Assembly (NCBI GenBank): GCA_964448115.1
Contig: CAYUVA010000004.1
Span: 114,227 to 134,226, forward strand
Length of the DNA stretch: 20,000 bases
Direction: 5' to 3'
DNA from: an uncultured bacterium
Lineage (GTDB): Bacteria > CAYUVA01
Shown piece after piece: positions 1 through 8,790 of this stretch. Both the position numbers and the translations under genes were made by a program. The notes beneath the pieces are model-generated. The model had not been told where the DNA came from and ran no database searches. It worked only from the letters and a program-made list of their open reading frames with translations. Position 1 is the stretch's first letter. Each line of letters begins with the position of its first letter.

Positions 1-1
1 C

Positions 2-676
2 CATATCAATAATCTGCTCGAAAAAGCCTCCCAAAACAATGGAATAAAATTTCTCCTCCATCAGGCGCACTCCGAGAAGGTTACACACCGCATGGCACTT
101 TCAGACCTGAAGCGCTTTTCAGATGCAGCAAGTAAAGTAATTAAAGGCGATATAAACCAACAGGCTGTATATTACACAAATTCAAGCCAGTTCAATATTT
201 CAGCCCCCATCGAACCCTTTACAAAGATCGAATACGAGGGAAGATACCACAAGTTCTTTGACGGTGGAGCCACATGCAATATTTGGCTCGGTGAGCAGAT
301 ACCCGCAAGAAAGAAGATGGCAGAGATCCTGGTAAAGGCACACAAGGAGACCGACTGCCAAAGAGTAGCTTTTTTGCCTGAGTTCACTATCTGTCCCAAG
401 TGCGATGCGGTTAGCCGCAGCCTACTGCAAAACTGCCCTATCTGCCACTCAAAAAAGATTGAACACCTGGCGCAGATCGCTGGACACTACGCCCTAACCT
501 CAAGGTGGAACAAGGGAAAGCTCGCTGAACTTAAGGATAGATTTCGCTTCGATAAGTTCCCCAAGGAATCAGCAAAGAAGGACGACAGCACTGAGGATAC
601 AAACGATACTGATACCATAACCATAACCGAGGATGAGATACAGGCTATACTCAATAAGAACAAGAATAAGGCTTGA
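2..676 (+). CDS. nrdD: Anaerobic (class III) ribonucleoside-triphosphate reductase NrdD-like protein, C-terminal part (5' truncated by the window); motifs divergent
   Basis: Frame is open from base 2 (HINNLLEKASQNNGIKFLLHQAHSEKVTHRM...). Contains YYTNS, the GG before 'TCNIWLGE', Zn-binding CPKC...CPIC, and the C-terminal WNKGKLAELKDR typical of NrdD. The glycyl-radical motif reads QIAGHY rather than RxxGY. Confidence 0.8.
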   Translation, partial: HINNLLEKASQNNGIKFLLHQAHSEKVTHRMALSDLKRFSDAASKVIKGDINQQAVYYTNSSQFNISAPIEPFTKIEYEGRYHKFFDGGATCNIWLGEQIPARKKMAEILVKAHKETDCQRVAFLPEFTICPKCDAVSRSLLQNCPICHSKKIEHLAQIAGHYALTSRWNKGKLAELKDRFRFDKFPKESAKKDDSTEDTNDTDTITITEDEIQAILNKNKNKA

Positions 677-720
677 GGCTTGAGGGGAAAGAGTCATTTA
701 ACCACACTATTTAAAGAAAC

Positions 721-1764
721 ATGCTGAACGAGTTGCCCCAAGGTCCCAGGATAGTTATGCGCTCCACCAACTGGATCGGCGATGTAATGATGTCGATGCC
801 TACTATAAGGGCACTTAAGAGCCATCTTAAAGACTGCCATATCACCGTGATCTGTCGCTCCAATGTTCAGCCGTTGTATTTTTACACCTCCTATGTGGAT
901 CGATTGATCGCCTATGATGCCCAAAAAGGGGTCAAAAGGCTGGCTGGTCTTATCAGGCTTTCTCGAAGGATAAGGGGTGAGGGCTATGATCTCGCTGTAT
1001 GCTTGCAGAATGCCTTTGAGGCTGCGCTTCTTTTTTGGCTAGCGAAAGTGCCCAGGCGCATTGGATATGCGGTTGATATGCGTGGATGGCTGCTTACTGA
1101 CAGGATAGAACGGGCATCAAATTATAGGGAGCTTTCAGAGATAGAATATTACCAGAGGCTCCTTGAACCGATAGGCGTCAGAGATATCGAGGTAAAAAAC
1201 CGCCTGGAGCTGGATGATTTGGAGATTCGGCTGGTAAAGGAGTTACTTTATATCAAAGGCGTAAACCATAAAGATCGCCTGATAGCTATCGCCCCCGGTG
1301 CTGCTTATGGAACCGCCAAGCGATGGCTAACCGATCGCTTCGCCGAGGTGGCTAGCAGACTGACGGAACAAAAGGATACAAAGGTCATCCTGCTCGGTTC
1401 CAAAAAGGAGGGTGAACTGGGAACAAGGATCATTGAGCTTTGCCAAAACAAGCCGATCGATCTTATTGGAAAAACGACCCTTAGAGAGACCATTTCTATC
1501 ATATCGCTTTGTAGCTTGCTGATTTGTAACGACTCCGGCTTGATGCACATAGCCGCCGATCTTAATGTCCCCCTGGTGGTCATCTTCGGTCCAACGATTC
1601 CATCTGGAACAGCCCCACGAGGGGATAATGTACAAGTTCTACATAAACCAAGTGTCATCGATTGTCAGCCGTGCAAAAAAAGAGACTGCGATCGTGAACA
1701 TGAATGTATGAAGGCAATCTCGACCGATGAGGTGATGGAGGCTGCGCTTAGCCTGTTGGATTGA
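721..1764 (+). CDS. waaF: ADP-heptose:LPS heptosyltransferase II (GT9)
   Basis: 347 aa with N-terminal NWIGD, PGAAYGTAKRW, NDSGLMHIA, IFGPT, and a C-terminal CQPC..C..C cluster, all typical of WaaF/RfaF-like GT9 proteins. Confidence 0.88.
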   Translation: MLNELPQGPRIVMRSTNWIGDVMMSMPTIRALKSHLKDCHITVICRSNVQPLYFYTSYVDRLIAYDAQKGVKRLAGLIRLSRRIRGEGYDLAVCLQNAFEAALLFWLAKVPRRIGYAVDMRGWLLTDRIERASNYRELSEIEYYQRLLEPIGVRDIEVKNRLELDDLEIRLVKELLYIKGVNHKDRLIAIAPGAAYGTAKRWLTDRFAEVASRLTEQKDTKVILLGSKKEGELGTRIIELCQNKPIDLIGKTTLRETISIISLCSLLICNDSGLMHIAADLNVPLVVIFGPTIPSGTAPRGDNVQVLHKPSVIDCQPCKKRDCDREHECMKAISTDEVMEAALSLLD

Positions 1765-2428
1765 GCCTGCTTTCTCCGAAGATCCATGAAAGCACGGTAA
1801 AGAGATCCCGCACCTCGGACAAGGCATAAGCCTTTCCTGGCACACCAGGGTTCACGCTCATGGAAAATCCGCCCTCGATATGCCCGTTTATATCCGGAAG
1901 GACACCCCAGATATGAAGGGATAATCGCCTTATTTCACCGCTGATATTGTGATCCCTGTCATGAGCCGGCAGGTTATCCAAGGCAATCAGCCTACCGCCC
2001 ATTTGAAAAAAATCATGCAATTTGCCAAGTGTCGCTTTCGACATGGCTAGCGGCTGCACAAGAATTATGCACGAGGTGGTGAACGGTTCACCAAATTGAA
2101 TGCACTCTAAAAGTGCCTGCCTGCTGCGGATTTGTTTGATCCGAGAAGCGATGATGTGGCGATCGTCTATATAATTCATCCTAAGCGGTATTTTTTTTAT
2201 TGCATCTGCCCATTTAGTGGGAAGAGCGCCACTCAGATAGTATTCGGTTGAGTCATCAGGACAGTATATTGCTAGATCATAGTAGGAAATGCTGGCTTCC
2301 GGTTGGTTATTGCATGCCGAAAGCAAGAACATGGACGCTATTAAGATGAATATGAATATGGTTATTATGCAATAGACTCTTTTTGCAAAATAGGTTGCTA
2401 GGATCGATTTTTCCCTGTTTGGGATCAC
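1748..2428 (-). CDS. Putative lipoprotein with a class-I GATase-like (glycosidase accessory-type) alpha/beta domain
   Basis: GTG start overlaps the upstream stop (GTGA). A hydrophobic stretch ends in the lipobox LSAC (Cys at 2312-2314). 'NYIDD...IILVQPLAMSKATLGKLHDFFQMGGRLIALDNLP' resembles the accessory domain of GH42/GH106-type enzymes. The 3' end overlaps waaF convergently by 17 bp. Confidence 0.6.
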   Translation of the reverse strand: MIPNREKSILATYFAKRVYCIITIFIFILIASMFLLSACNNQPEASISYYDLAIYCPDDSTEYYLSGALPTKWADAIKKIPLRMNYIDDRHIIASRIKQIRSRQALLECIQFGEPFTTSCIILVQPLAMSKATLGKLHDFFQMGGRLIALDNLPAHDRDHNISGEIRRLSLHIWGVLPDINGHIEGGFSMSVNPGVPGKAYALSEVRDLFTVLSWIFGESRLNPTG

Positions 2429-3039
2429 TTGTAGGAGGCAGCCTCTGCCCTCTGGTCGTAAGGATTATTTATTATTAGACGCTGGTTCTTGGAGTTTTCC
2501 AATTGCTCGGCAATCTGCTTGAATCTCTGGATAGTCCTTTGAAGATTCTTCTCGTCCTGGAGTATATTATGATCTATCTGTGCCATAGGATAGCTATCTA
2601 TGGGTGTTTGTTGTGCTGGTTGTGCTGTTTGGGGTATCAAAGTCTGTTGATTGCTATTCCGCCTGGCAGCGGTCAGGTTGAGGTCACTATTGCCTAGTGG
2701 ATTTGCCAGGATGAGCAATAGGATCATTAACATTATTCCTGCGATGGATACTACCCGTACAGGATTCCATATCCCGGCGCCCTTTTTTGCAGGGGAAGTC
2801 CTTGGATGCTCAGTGGCGGAGGCAATTATCTTCCTTTTCACAGACAGGTTGAAATCGATAGGAACATCCACTTGCTTGCTGTTTTGCAGGGCTTCTAGGA
2901 CGAGCTGTGCAGCCTTCAACGAGGTAAAGCAGTCCTTGCAGTCCTGCAGGTGCTCCTCTACCCGTGCTTCCTTTTGAGGCTTCAGTTGCCCTTCCAGGAA
3001 TCTGAAGATGTTCCTTTTAACCCAACCGCATTTCATCAC
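2425..3039 (-). CDS. Zinc-binding (zf-HC2/ZAS) transmembrane anti-sigma factor
   Basis: N-terminal Cys plus HLQDCKDC (HxxxCxxC), one TM helix (VVSIAGIMLMILLLILA), directly downstream of and overlapping the ECF sigma gene (TGATG; start is GTG 3039 or ATG 3036). Confidence 0.88.
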   Translation of the reverse strand: MMKCGWVKRNIFRFLEGQLKPQKEARVEEHLQDCKDCFTSLKAAQLVLEALQNSKQVDVPIDFNLSVKRKIIASATEHPRTSPAKKGAGIWNPVRVVSIAGIMLMILLLILANPLGNSDLNLTAARRNSNQQTLIPQTAQPAQQTPIDSYPMAQIDHNILQDEKNLQRTIQRFKQIAEQLENSKNQRLIINNPYDQRAEAASYK

Positions 3040-3707
3040 AGGATATCCTCGATTCGATGTTCCAATTTTTTCTTGAGCATGTTTCGCGCTCGATTTATCC
3101 GAGATTTAACCGTTCCGAGGGGCATGTTCAATACCCCGGCGATCTCTTCATAACTCAATCCTTGAATATCTCTGAGAATTAGTGGCGCTTTGTGTTTTTT
3201 AGGCAAGCTCTGAAGTGCTTCTTTGACGATCTTTTGCGTCTGAAGGCGACCTAGGCTCTCATCAGGAAGGTTATCCTCGTCTGGAATCTCAACCATCATC
3301 TCATCGGACTCATCATTGTTTTGAGGCTTTATCTGGAAGGGGAGGAAGGTAACGATCTTACGCCTTCTAAGCTCATTGTAAGCCAGGTTTGTCGCTATCT
3401 TGTAGATCCAGGCGTTGAAGGTGGAGAGGAACTTGTATCTGTAGGCTGTCTTATAGACCCTCAAGAATGTCTCCTGTGCTAACTCCTGTGCTCGATCGTA
3501 GTTGCCAAGCAGCCTGTTCAGGTAATTGATTATGGGAGCTTGGTATCTAGCCATGATCTGGTCGAAGGCACGATGGTTGCCGTCAGCGATTAGTTCAAGC
3601 AGCTCATGGTCGCTCTTTTCTGAGAGGTACTGGCTATCGATCTGTTTGATAGATGCCTGGTTTCTCACCTTGCTCTCGCCTTTGTCCCCTTTGTTTGCGT
3701 TGCTCAA
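3036..3707 (-). CDS. ECF (sigma-24/RpoE-like) RNA polymerase sigma factor
   Basis: Region 2 (AQELAQETFLRVY...FNAWIYKIATN) and region 4 (LSYEEIAGVLNMPLGTVKSRINRAR). TTG start preceded by GGAGGT. Confidence 0.93.
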   Translation of the reverse strand: MSNANKGDKGESKVRNQASIKQIDSQYLSEKSDHELLELIADGNHRAFDQIMARYQAPIINYLNRLLGNYDRAQELAQETFLRVYKTAYRYKFLSTFNAWIYKIATNLAYNELRRRKIVTFLPFQIKPQNNDESDEMMVEIPDEDNLPDESLGRLQTQKIVKEALQSLPKKHKAPLILRDIQGLSYEEIAGVLNMPLGTVKSRINRARNMLKKKLEHRIEDIL

Positions 3708-3710
3708 GTT

Positions 3711-3739
3711 TTATCACACCTCCACAAATTAAAAGTTCC
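3711..3739 (-). promoter_or_regulatory. Possible autoregulatory ECF promoter (-35 GGAACTT) and RBS
   Basis: Minus strand reads GGAACTT-ttaatttgtggaggtgtgataa just upstream of the sigma gene. GGAACTT is a typical ECF -35; the -10 is not clearly canonical. Confidence 0.3.
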
Positions 3740-3743
3740 CTTT

Positions 3744-4724
3744 TTAGTGGGGGAAGGGATTGAATCCGTATTTACCCTCGAAGTGCCTCAAGAGGTAGGG
3801 AAACAAGTCCCAACTAATATGCGTATTGAAGCCGAAATATAAGAACAGCTCCACGGCACTCAATGGTACAGCGACCAACAGCAACATGGTGATAATCTGC
3901 GTGATGGTACTTAATCTATGTACTAACCCCAGCCCGGTAGCTGCCAGCACCAAAAAGTAAATAAACCCAAATACCCCAAAATAGGGAATGCGAAGCAATA
4001 GCAGGGAAATTGATGAGTAGCATAGAACAGCGATAGTCTCCTTAAGGTTTCCTTTTCCCATGAACACCATTACGAATAGATGACAGGTGGTCGCGAAACT
4101 GACCATGAATATCAGCGCTATCATGGCAAAGATGAAGGAGTCGGTGAATATCCTTATCCAGAAAATCTCTGCTGGTTGGTTACGCAAGCTGGGAGACAGG
4201 GAGTTAATCATAAGCCCAAGCCCAACTGATACCGCGCTAAAAAACAGGAGCGACTCATGGAAGGAAGCTGAAAAGTCCATTGTCCTGAAAAAATACATCG
4301 GCATCAGTAAGACCCTGACTGCCGATTCGATCAAACCCATCTTTTTCCTTTGAGATTGTGATTCTATGAGCAGTCTTTTCTTTTCCTGCTTGTCTAATTC
4401 ATACTTGAAACGATCTATCTGTGGCTTAGCTCCTTTTTTGTAAAATTTCAGTTCTACATTTCCGATGTTAAATGAATCTCCGTTACCAAGCACAACTGGG
4501 TCGCTTATCTTTTTTCCCTTGAATACGGTTCCGATAAAGGTTGCACAGTCTTTCAGATAATAATCGCCGCTCTCTTTCAGGTATATGATCTCTGCGTGGT
4601 GCTCGAATGCATTGGTTTCTGGGATCTCGATGTCAGCATTCGGGCTCCTGCCGATAACGCTAATATTATGTTTAAGATGGACTATCTTTTCCGAGGCATC
4701 GTTTTTTATTCTTACATAAGCCAT
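3744..4724 (-). CDS. FHA-domain + Yip1-like multi-pass membrane protein
   Basis: N-terminal IGRSPNADIEI...HAEI...LGNGDSFNIG (FHA pattern). C-terminal 'VLLMPMYFFRTM', 'HLFVMVFMGKGNLKETIAVLCYS', 'GLGLVHRLS' and about 5 TM helices match Yip1. Confidence 0.75.
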   Translation of the reverse strand: MAYVRIKNDASEKIVHLKHNISVIGRSPNADIEIPETNAFEHHAEIIYLKESGDYYLKDCATFIGTVFKGKKISDPVVLGNGDSFNIGNVELKFYKKGAKPQIDRFKYELDKQEKKRLLIESQSQRKKMGLIESAVRVLLMPMYFFRTMDFSASFHESLLFFSAVSVGLGLMINSLSPSLRNQPAEIFWIRIFTDSFIFAMIALIFMVSFATTCHLFVMVFMGKGNLKETIAVLCYSSISLLLLRIPYFGVFGFIYFLVLAATGLGLVHRLSTITQIITMLLLVAVPLSAVELFLYFGFNTHISWDLFPYLLRHFEGKYGFNPFPH

Positions 4725-4739
4725 GATTTAGCATCTGCT

Positions 4740-5750
4740 TCACAGGAGATGATCATATCCTAGAGACGATGGTAGCTCCGCTGGTTTGCCCTCTTCAAGC
4801 AATCGCAAACCCTCACCCTGGGGAGTTATCTCTCCTATAGGAGTAATCCTCGTATTGGAGCAAGATTCATAATTACTCATAAATTCTGCCAGTTCATCAG
4901 GGGGAACGGTGAAAAGCAACTCGTATTCATCCCCGCTGGAGAGTACATACTTAAGCGGATCTTCCCCCAATACTTGGGCGATTTTATTACAGTGCTCCCA
5001 TATCGGCAGCTTTTCGATCTTGATAACTGCGCCTGCTTTGCTTTCCTCGATTATGTGCCTGAGATCTGATAAAAGCCCGTCGCTGATGTCTATGCAGGCG
5101 CTTCGTGAGCAGGATGCTGCGATGCACAATCCTTCCTTGATCCTGGGGGTATGCGCGTAAAATTCATTTATGATCTGTCTGTCAGTGCCGGTGATCTCTG
5201 TGCTTTGCCTGGTCAGCTCGATGGCTGCGCAATGCCCCAGCGAGCCGGTAACGAAGATTACATCCCCCGGCTGGGCTGAGCTTCGCATCAGGACCTTATC
5301 CTTATGTGCAATGCCATAAACTGCTATTGATATGATAAGCATCCCCGGCTCTGAGGATGTAATGTTTCCGCCGTCTATATCGACACCATACATCGAGGTT
5401 ACCTCCAGAAAGCCATCATATAAGCCCTCTACGAATGATAGCTGCGTATCCTTGCTCAAGCCGAGCGAGACCAAGGCGTATTTTGGCTCACCACCCATTG
5501 CCGCGATGTCGCTCAGGTTTAGCATCATAGCCCTGAAGCCGAGCTGTCTAGGGGTAATGCGCCCCAGTACGAAGTGGCGCCCCTCGATGAGCATATCCGT
5601 GGTAGCCAGCGCTACCTTTCCATCTGGCAGTGGCTTGATCGAGCAATCATCGCCAACGGTTGGCATAGGCTGGCTATGCGCTGCTGTTCCCAGCAACTTC
5701 TGCCGAATGCGCCGAATCAGGGCAAACTCGCCAAGCTCACCTATCTTCAT
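4740..5750 (-). CDS. thiL: Thiamine-monophosphate kinase
   Basis: GEFALI, VGDDC, TTDMLIEGRHF, NLSDIAAMGG, DISDGL, GDEYELLFT and terminal GYDH. ATGA overlap with lon. Confidence 0.95.
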   Translation of the reverse strand: MKIGELGEFALIRRIRQKLLGTAAHSQPMPTVGDDCSIKPLPDGKVALATTDMLIEGRHFVLGRITPRQLGFRAMMLNLSDIAAMGGEPKYALVSLGLSKDTQLSFVEGLYDGFLEVTSMYGVDIDGGNITSSEPGMLIISIAVYGIAHKDKVLMRSSAQPGDVIFVTGSLGHCAAIELTRQSTEITGTDRQIINEFYAHTPRIKEGLCIAASCSRSACIDISDGLLSDLRHIIEESKAGAVIKIEKLPIWEHCNKIAQVLGEDPLKYVLSSGDEYELLFTVPPDELAEFMSNYESCSNTRITPIGEITPQGEGLRLLEEGKPAELPSSLGYDHLL

Positions 5751-8113
5751 TTGCTATCTTCTCTGGACTTGTAGAAGACATAGTTGATCACATCATCGAT
5801 ATCATCGAATAATTTAATGGCTATGCCCTTTTTGATATTAGATTCGATCTCATCGATATCGACCTTATTTTGGGCAGGCAGGATGAAAACATCCGCGCCG
5901 GCTCTTTTGGCAGCCAGCATCTTTTGCTTTATGCCGCCGATGCGCAGCACTCTGCCCCGCAGGGTTATCTCGCCGGTCATGGCGATATCCTTTGGCATCG
6001 GTATCTTGGTCAGAGCCGAATACAGGGAGCAGCAGATCGCTATCCCTGCGGAGGGACCGTCCTTGGGAATGGCTCCGGCGGGCACATGGATATGGATATC
6101 TACCTTTGAGAAATCGGTTTGGGGTATCTTCAGTTTCTCGGTGTTTGCTCTAAGGTGTGCCAAGGCAGCCATAGCGGATTCCTTCATCACTTCACCCAGC
6201 TGTCCGGTTAATGTAAGGTTCCCCTTGCCGGGCATGATCGTGGTCTCGATAAAGATGATATCTCCGCCGGTAGGCGTAACTGCCACGCCCATGACCACCC
6301 CCACCTTGTCCTCCATAAGCTCGGTTTCAGGGATATGCTGGGGAGGTCCGAGGTATTTGCCCAGGTTATTGACTGTTATCAGCTTCTTGCCCTTATCGCC
6401 CTCCACGATCTTGGTGGCTACCTTGCGACACAGGGTAGAGATGCTTCGTTCCAGGTTTCTCACCCCTGCTTCTCTGGTATAGCGGTTTATGATGCGGCGA
6501 ATAGCTCCTTGGCTAATATTGATCTGCTCCTGGGTGATGCCGTTTTCCTCGAGCTGCTTGGGTATAAGGAATTTATTTGCGATCTGCAGCTTTTCTTCCT
6601 CTATGTATCCGGGTAAGAAAAGAACCTCCATTCGGTCGATGAATGCAGGATGGATAGGCTCCAGCAGGTTAGCGGTGGTGATGAACATAACATTGCTCAG
6701 GTCAAAGGGGATCTCCAGGTAGTGATCTCTAAAATCGAAGTTCTGTTCTGGGTCGAGCACCTCGAGCAGTGCAGCCGACGGGTCTCCCCTGAAGTCGGCG
6801 CCGATCTTATCCACCTCGTCCATCATGAATACAGGATTATTCGATCCCGCCTGTCTTATTCCCTGTATGATCCTTCCCGGCAGCGCTCCCACGTAGGTTC
6901 GGCGGTGTCCCCTTATCTCCGCTTCGTCTCTCACTCCGCCCAATGATATGCGCACAAAGTTGCGCCCGAGGGCACGAGCAATCGACCTACCCAGCGAGGT
7001 CTTGCCGGTTCCAGGTGGACCAACGAAGCAAAGGATTGGTCCCTTCATCTTCTCCTTGAGCTGCCTTACTGCCAGGTATTCGATTATCCTCTCCTTCACC
7101 TTGTCGAGATCATAGTGATCCTCATCGAGTATCTTGCGAGCTCGCTTGAGATCAAGGTTGTCTTGGGTGGACTTCTTCCAGGGCAGCTCGATGATCCAAT
7201 CGAGATATGTGCGCACCACACCTGCCTCGGAGGATTCCGGATGCATCATCTCCAGGCGTTTGAGTTGCTTTAGTGCCACCTCCATTGCTTCCTTGGTGAG
7301 GTTTTCCTCATTTATTTTTTCCCTGTACTCCTCGATCTCCTTGCGCAGCTCATCCTCTTCTCCAAGCTCCTTTTGTATAGCCCTTAGCTGCTGGCGCAGG
7401 TAGTATTCCCGTTGAGACTTGTCCATCTCATCCTTGGCGTGGTCCCTTATCTCCTGTTGGATCTTGAGAAGCTCCAGCTCTTGGCTGAGGAACTCCGAGA
7501 CCCTCTTTAACCGTTTTATGGGATCAATGGTCGATAGTATCTCCTGTGATTGTTCGATATTGACCTCAAGGTTGGAGATGATGAGGTCGGCAAGCCTACC
7601 TGGGTCATCGATGGAAGCGGCGATGGCGAGTATGTCGGGTAGTATCTGTTTGCCTAGCTGTGAGGCTTGTTCCAGCATCTGCTTGGCGCTGCGCATCATC
7701 GCTTCGGTCTCCACGGTCTTTTTCAAGGTAGCAGGCGTCTCCACCTTCTCGATACGGGCTTGTATATATTCTCCGGATGTGATTTGGAGCACCCTGGCTC
7801 TAGATATGCCCTGCACCAGAGCCTTTACCTTGCCATCCGGTAATTTAAGCATTCGCATGATCACGGCTGCGGTGCCGATCTCATAAAGGTTTTCCATAGT
7901 CGGTTCTTCGACCGAGGCGTCCTTTTGGGTAACCAGGATCACCATACGGTTCTCGCTCAAGGCTTTATCCACCGCTTTCACCGACTTTTCCCTACCTATG
8001 AACAGGGGAAATATCATATAGGGGAATATCACCACATCTCTTAGCGGTATGAGCGGCAACTGGCTAGGCACATCGAATTTTTGTTCTTCTTGTTTTTGGT
8101 CAGCAGCTTCCAT
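5747..8113 (-). CDS. lon: ATP-dependent Lon protease (endopeptidase La)
   Basis: Lon N-domain (LPLIPLRDVVIFP), Walker A GPPGTGKTS, RGHRRTYVGALPG, Walker B MMDEVDK, catalytic PKDGPSAG and GGIKQK. Confidence 0.98.
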   Translation of the reverse strand: MEAADQKQEEQKFDVPSQLPLIPLRDVVIFPYMIFPLFIGREKSVKAVDKALSENRMVILVTQKDASVEEPTMENLYEIGTAAVIMRMLKLPDGKVKALVQGISRARVLQITSGEYIQARIEKVETPATLKKTVETEAMMRSAKQMLEQASQLGKQILPDILAIAASIDDPGRLADLIISNLEVNIEQSQEILSTIDPIKRLKRVSEFLSQELELLKIQQEIRDHAKDEMDKSQREYYLRQQLRAIQKELGEEDELRKEIEEYREKINEENLTKEAMEVALKQLKRLEMMHPESSEAGVVRTYLDWIIELPWKKSTQDNLDLKRARKILDEDHYDLDKVKERIIEYLAVRQLKEKMKGPILCFVGPPGTGKTSLGRSIARALGRNFVRISLGGVRDEAEIRGHRRTYVGALPGRIIQGIRQAGSNNPVFMMDEVDKIGADFRGDPSAALLEVLDPEQNFDFRDHYLEIPFDLSNVMFITTANLLEPIHPAFIDRMEVLFLPGYIEEEKLQIANKFLIPKQLEENGITQEQINISQGAIRRIINRYTREAGVRNLERSISTLCRKVATKIVEGDKGKKLITVNNLGKYLGPPQHIPETELMEDKVGVVMGVAVTPTGGDIIFIETTIMPGKGNLTLTGQLGEVMKESAMAALAHLRANTEKLKIPQTDFSKVDIHIHVPAGAIPKDGPSAGIAICCSLYSALTKIPMPKDIAMTGEITLRGRVLRIGGIKQKMLAAKRAGADVFILPAQNKVDIDEIESNIKKGIAIKLFDDIDDVINYVFYKSREDSK

Positions 8114-8171
8114 AGTTCATTCCTCTCTCGTGATAGTGAGTATTATTTTAATTTATGGTTAGCTATCGAGT

Positions 8172-8648
8172 TTACTCTTCGACGATGACATTTATCTTTG
8201 CTACCGAGCCTCTGCGATCCTTTATCTTTGGAAGGGTAATTGCCAGGATTCCGTTTGTATAGACCGCCTTGATCCCCCTTGCATTTATAGGAGCGGGTAT
8301 GGAAATAACCCGCTTGAAGGCTCCAACCTGGCGCTCCATGAGGTAATATTTAGGGGTTCCCTCGCAGGGACCGCTTTTTTTCCTGCCCTGGATGGTGAGA
8401 ATATTCTGAGAGAATTCGATCCGAAAGCTATCCGGCTCGCTACCGGGAACCTCTACATTGAGGATATATTCATCCTCGGTCTCAAAGGCATCCAGCGGTG
8501 GCAGATAGAGATCGGTATCCTCCTCGATCCCCTGTTGTTCGAGAAAGTTCCTCAACTCGTCAACGATCTCGGTTAGTTCCATCTTGATGTTGGAGAACTC
8601 CTTGAGCCATAGGTTTCCGAATTTATAGTCAACCATTTTTCCGCTCAA
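8172..8648 (-). CDS. Hsp20/alpha-crystallin small heat-shock protein
   Basis: PPLDAFETEDEY..VEVPG, ERQVGAFKRVI, AVYTNGILAITLPK. The true start may be ATG at 8636 rather than TTG at 8648. Confidence 0.92.
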   Translation of the reverse strand: MSGKMVDYKFGNLWLKEFSNIKMELTEIVDELRNFLEQQGIEEDTDLYLPPLDAFETEDEYILNVEVPGSEPDSFRIEFSQNILTIQGRKKSGPCEGTPKYYLMERQVGAFKRVISIPAPINARGIKAVYTNGILAITLPKIKDRRGSVAKINVIVEE

Positions 8649-8720
8649 CTCCTGGTTTTTCTTTGACGATTCGATGTTTTTTCAATCATATACATACATT
8701 ATACTTCGATTAACCGATTA

Positions 8721-8790
8721 TTCAATATTATCACTGAACTTTTCGTACCTATCCAGCCTTGCTTGAAAAGATCAATATGGTAATATTGAA
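8721..8790. promoter_or_regulatory. Divergent promoter region with symmetric extended -10-like boxes and an operator-like palindrome
   Basis: TGATAATATTGAA on the minus strand (8721-8733) and TGGTAATATTGAA on the plus strand (8778-8790), sharing a perfect 10-bp inverted repeat. Local palindrome TCAATAT-ggta-ATATTGA at 8772-8789. Confidence 0.45.

Noticed and set aside
4740-5800. TPP riboswitch near thiL
   Set aside because: thiL overlaps the lon stop codon, leaving no leader region, and no riboswitch structure was recognised.
5784-7886. Several plus-strand ORFs (up to 232 aa) opposite lon
   Set aside because: Antisense shadows of a strongly conserved gene; Ser/Ile-rich with no recognisable motifs.
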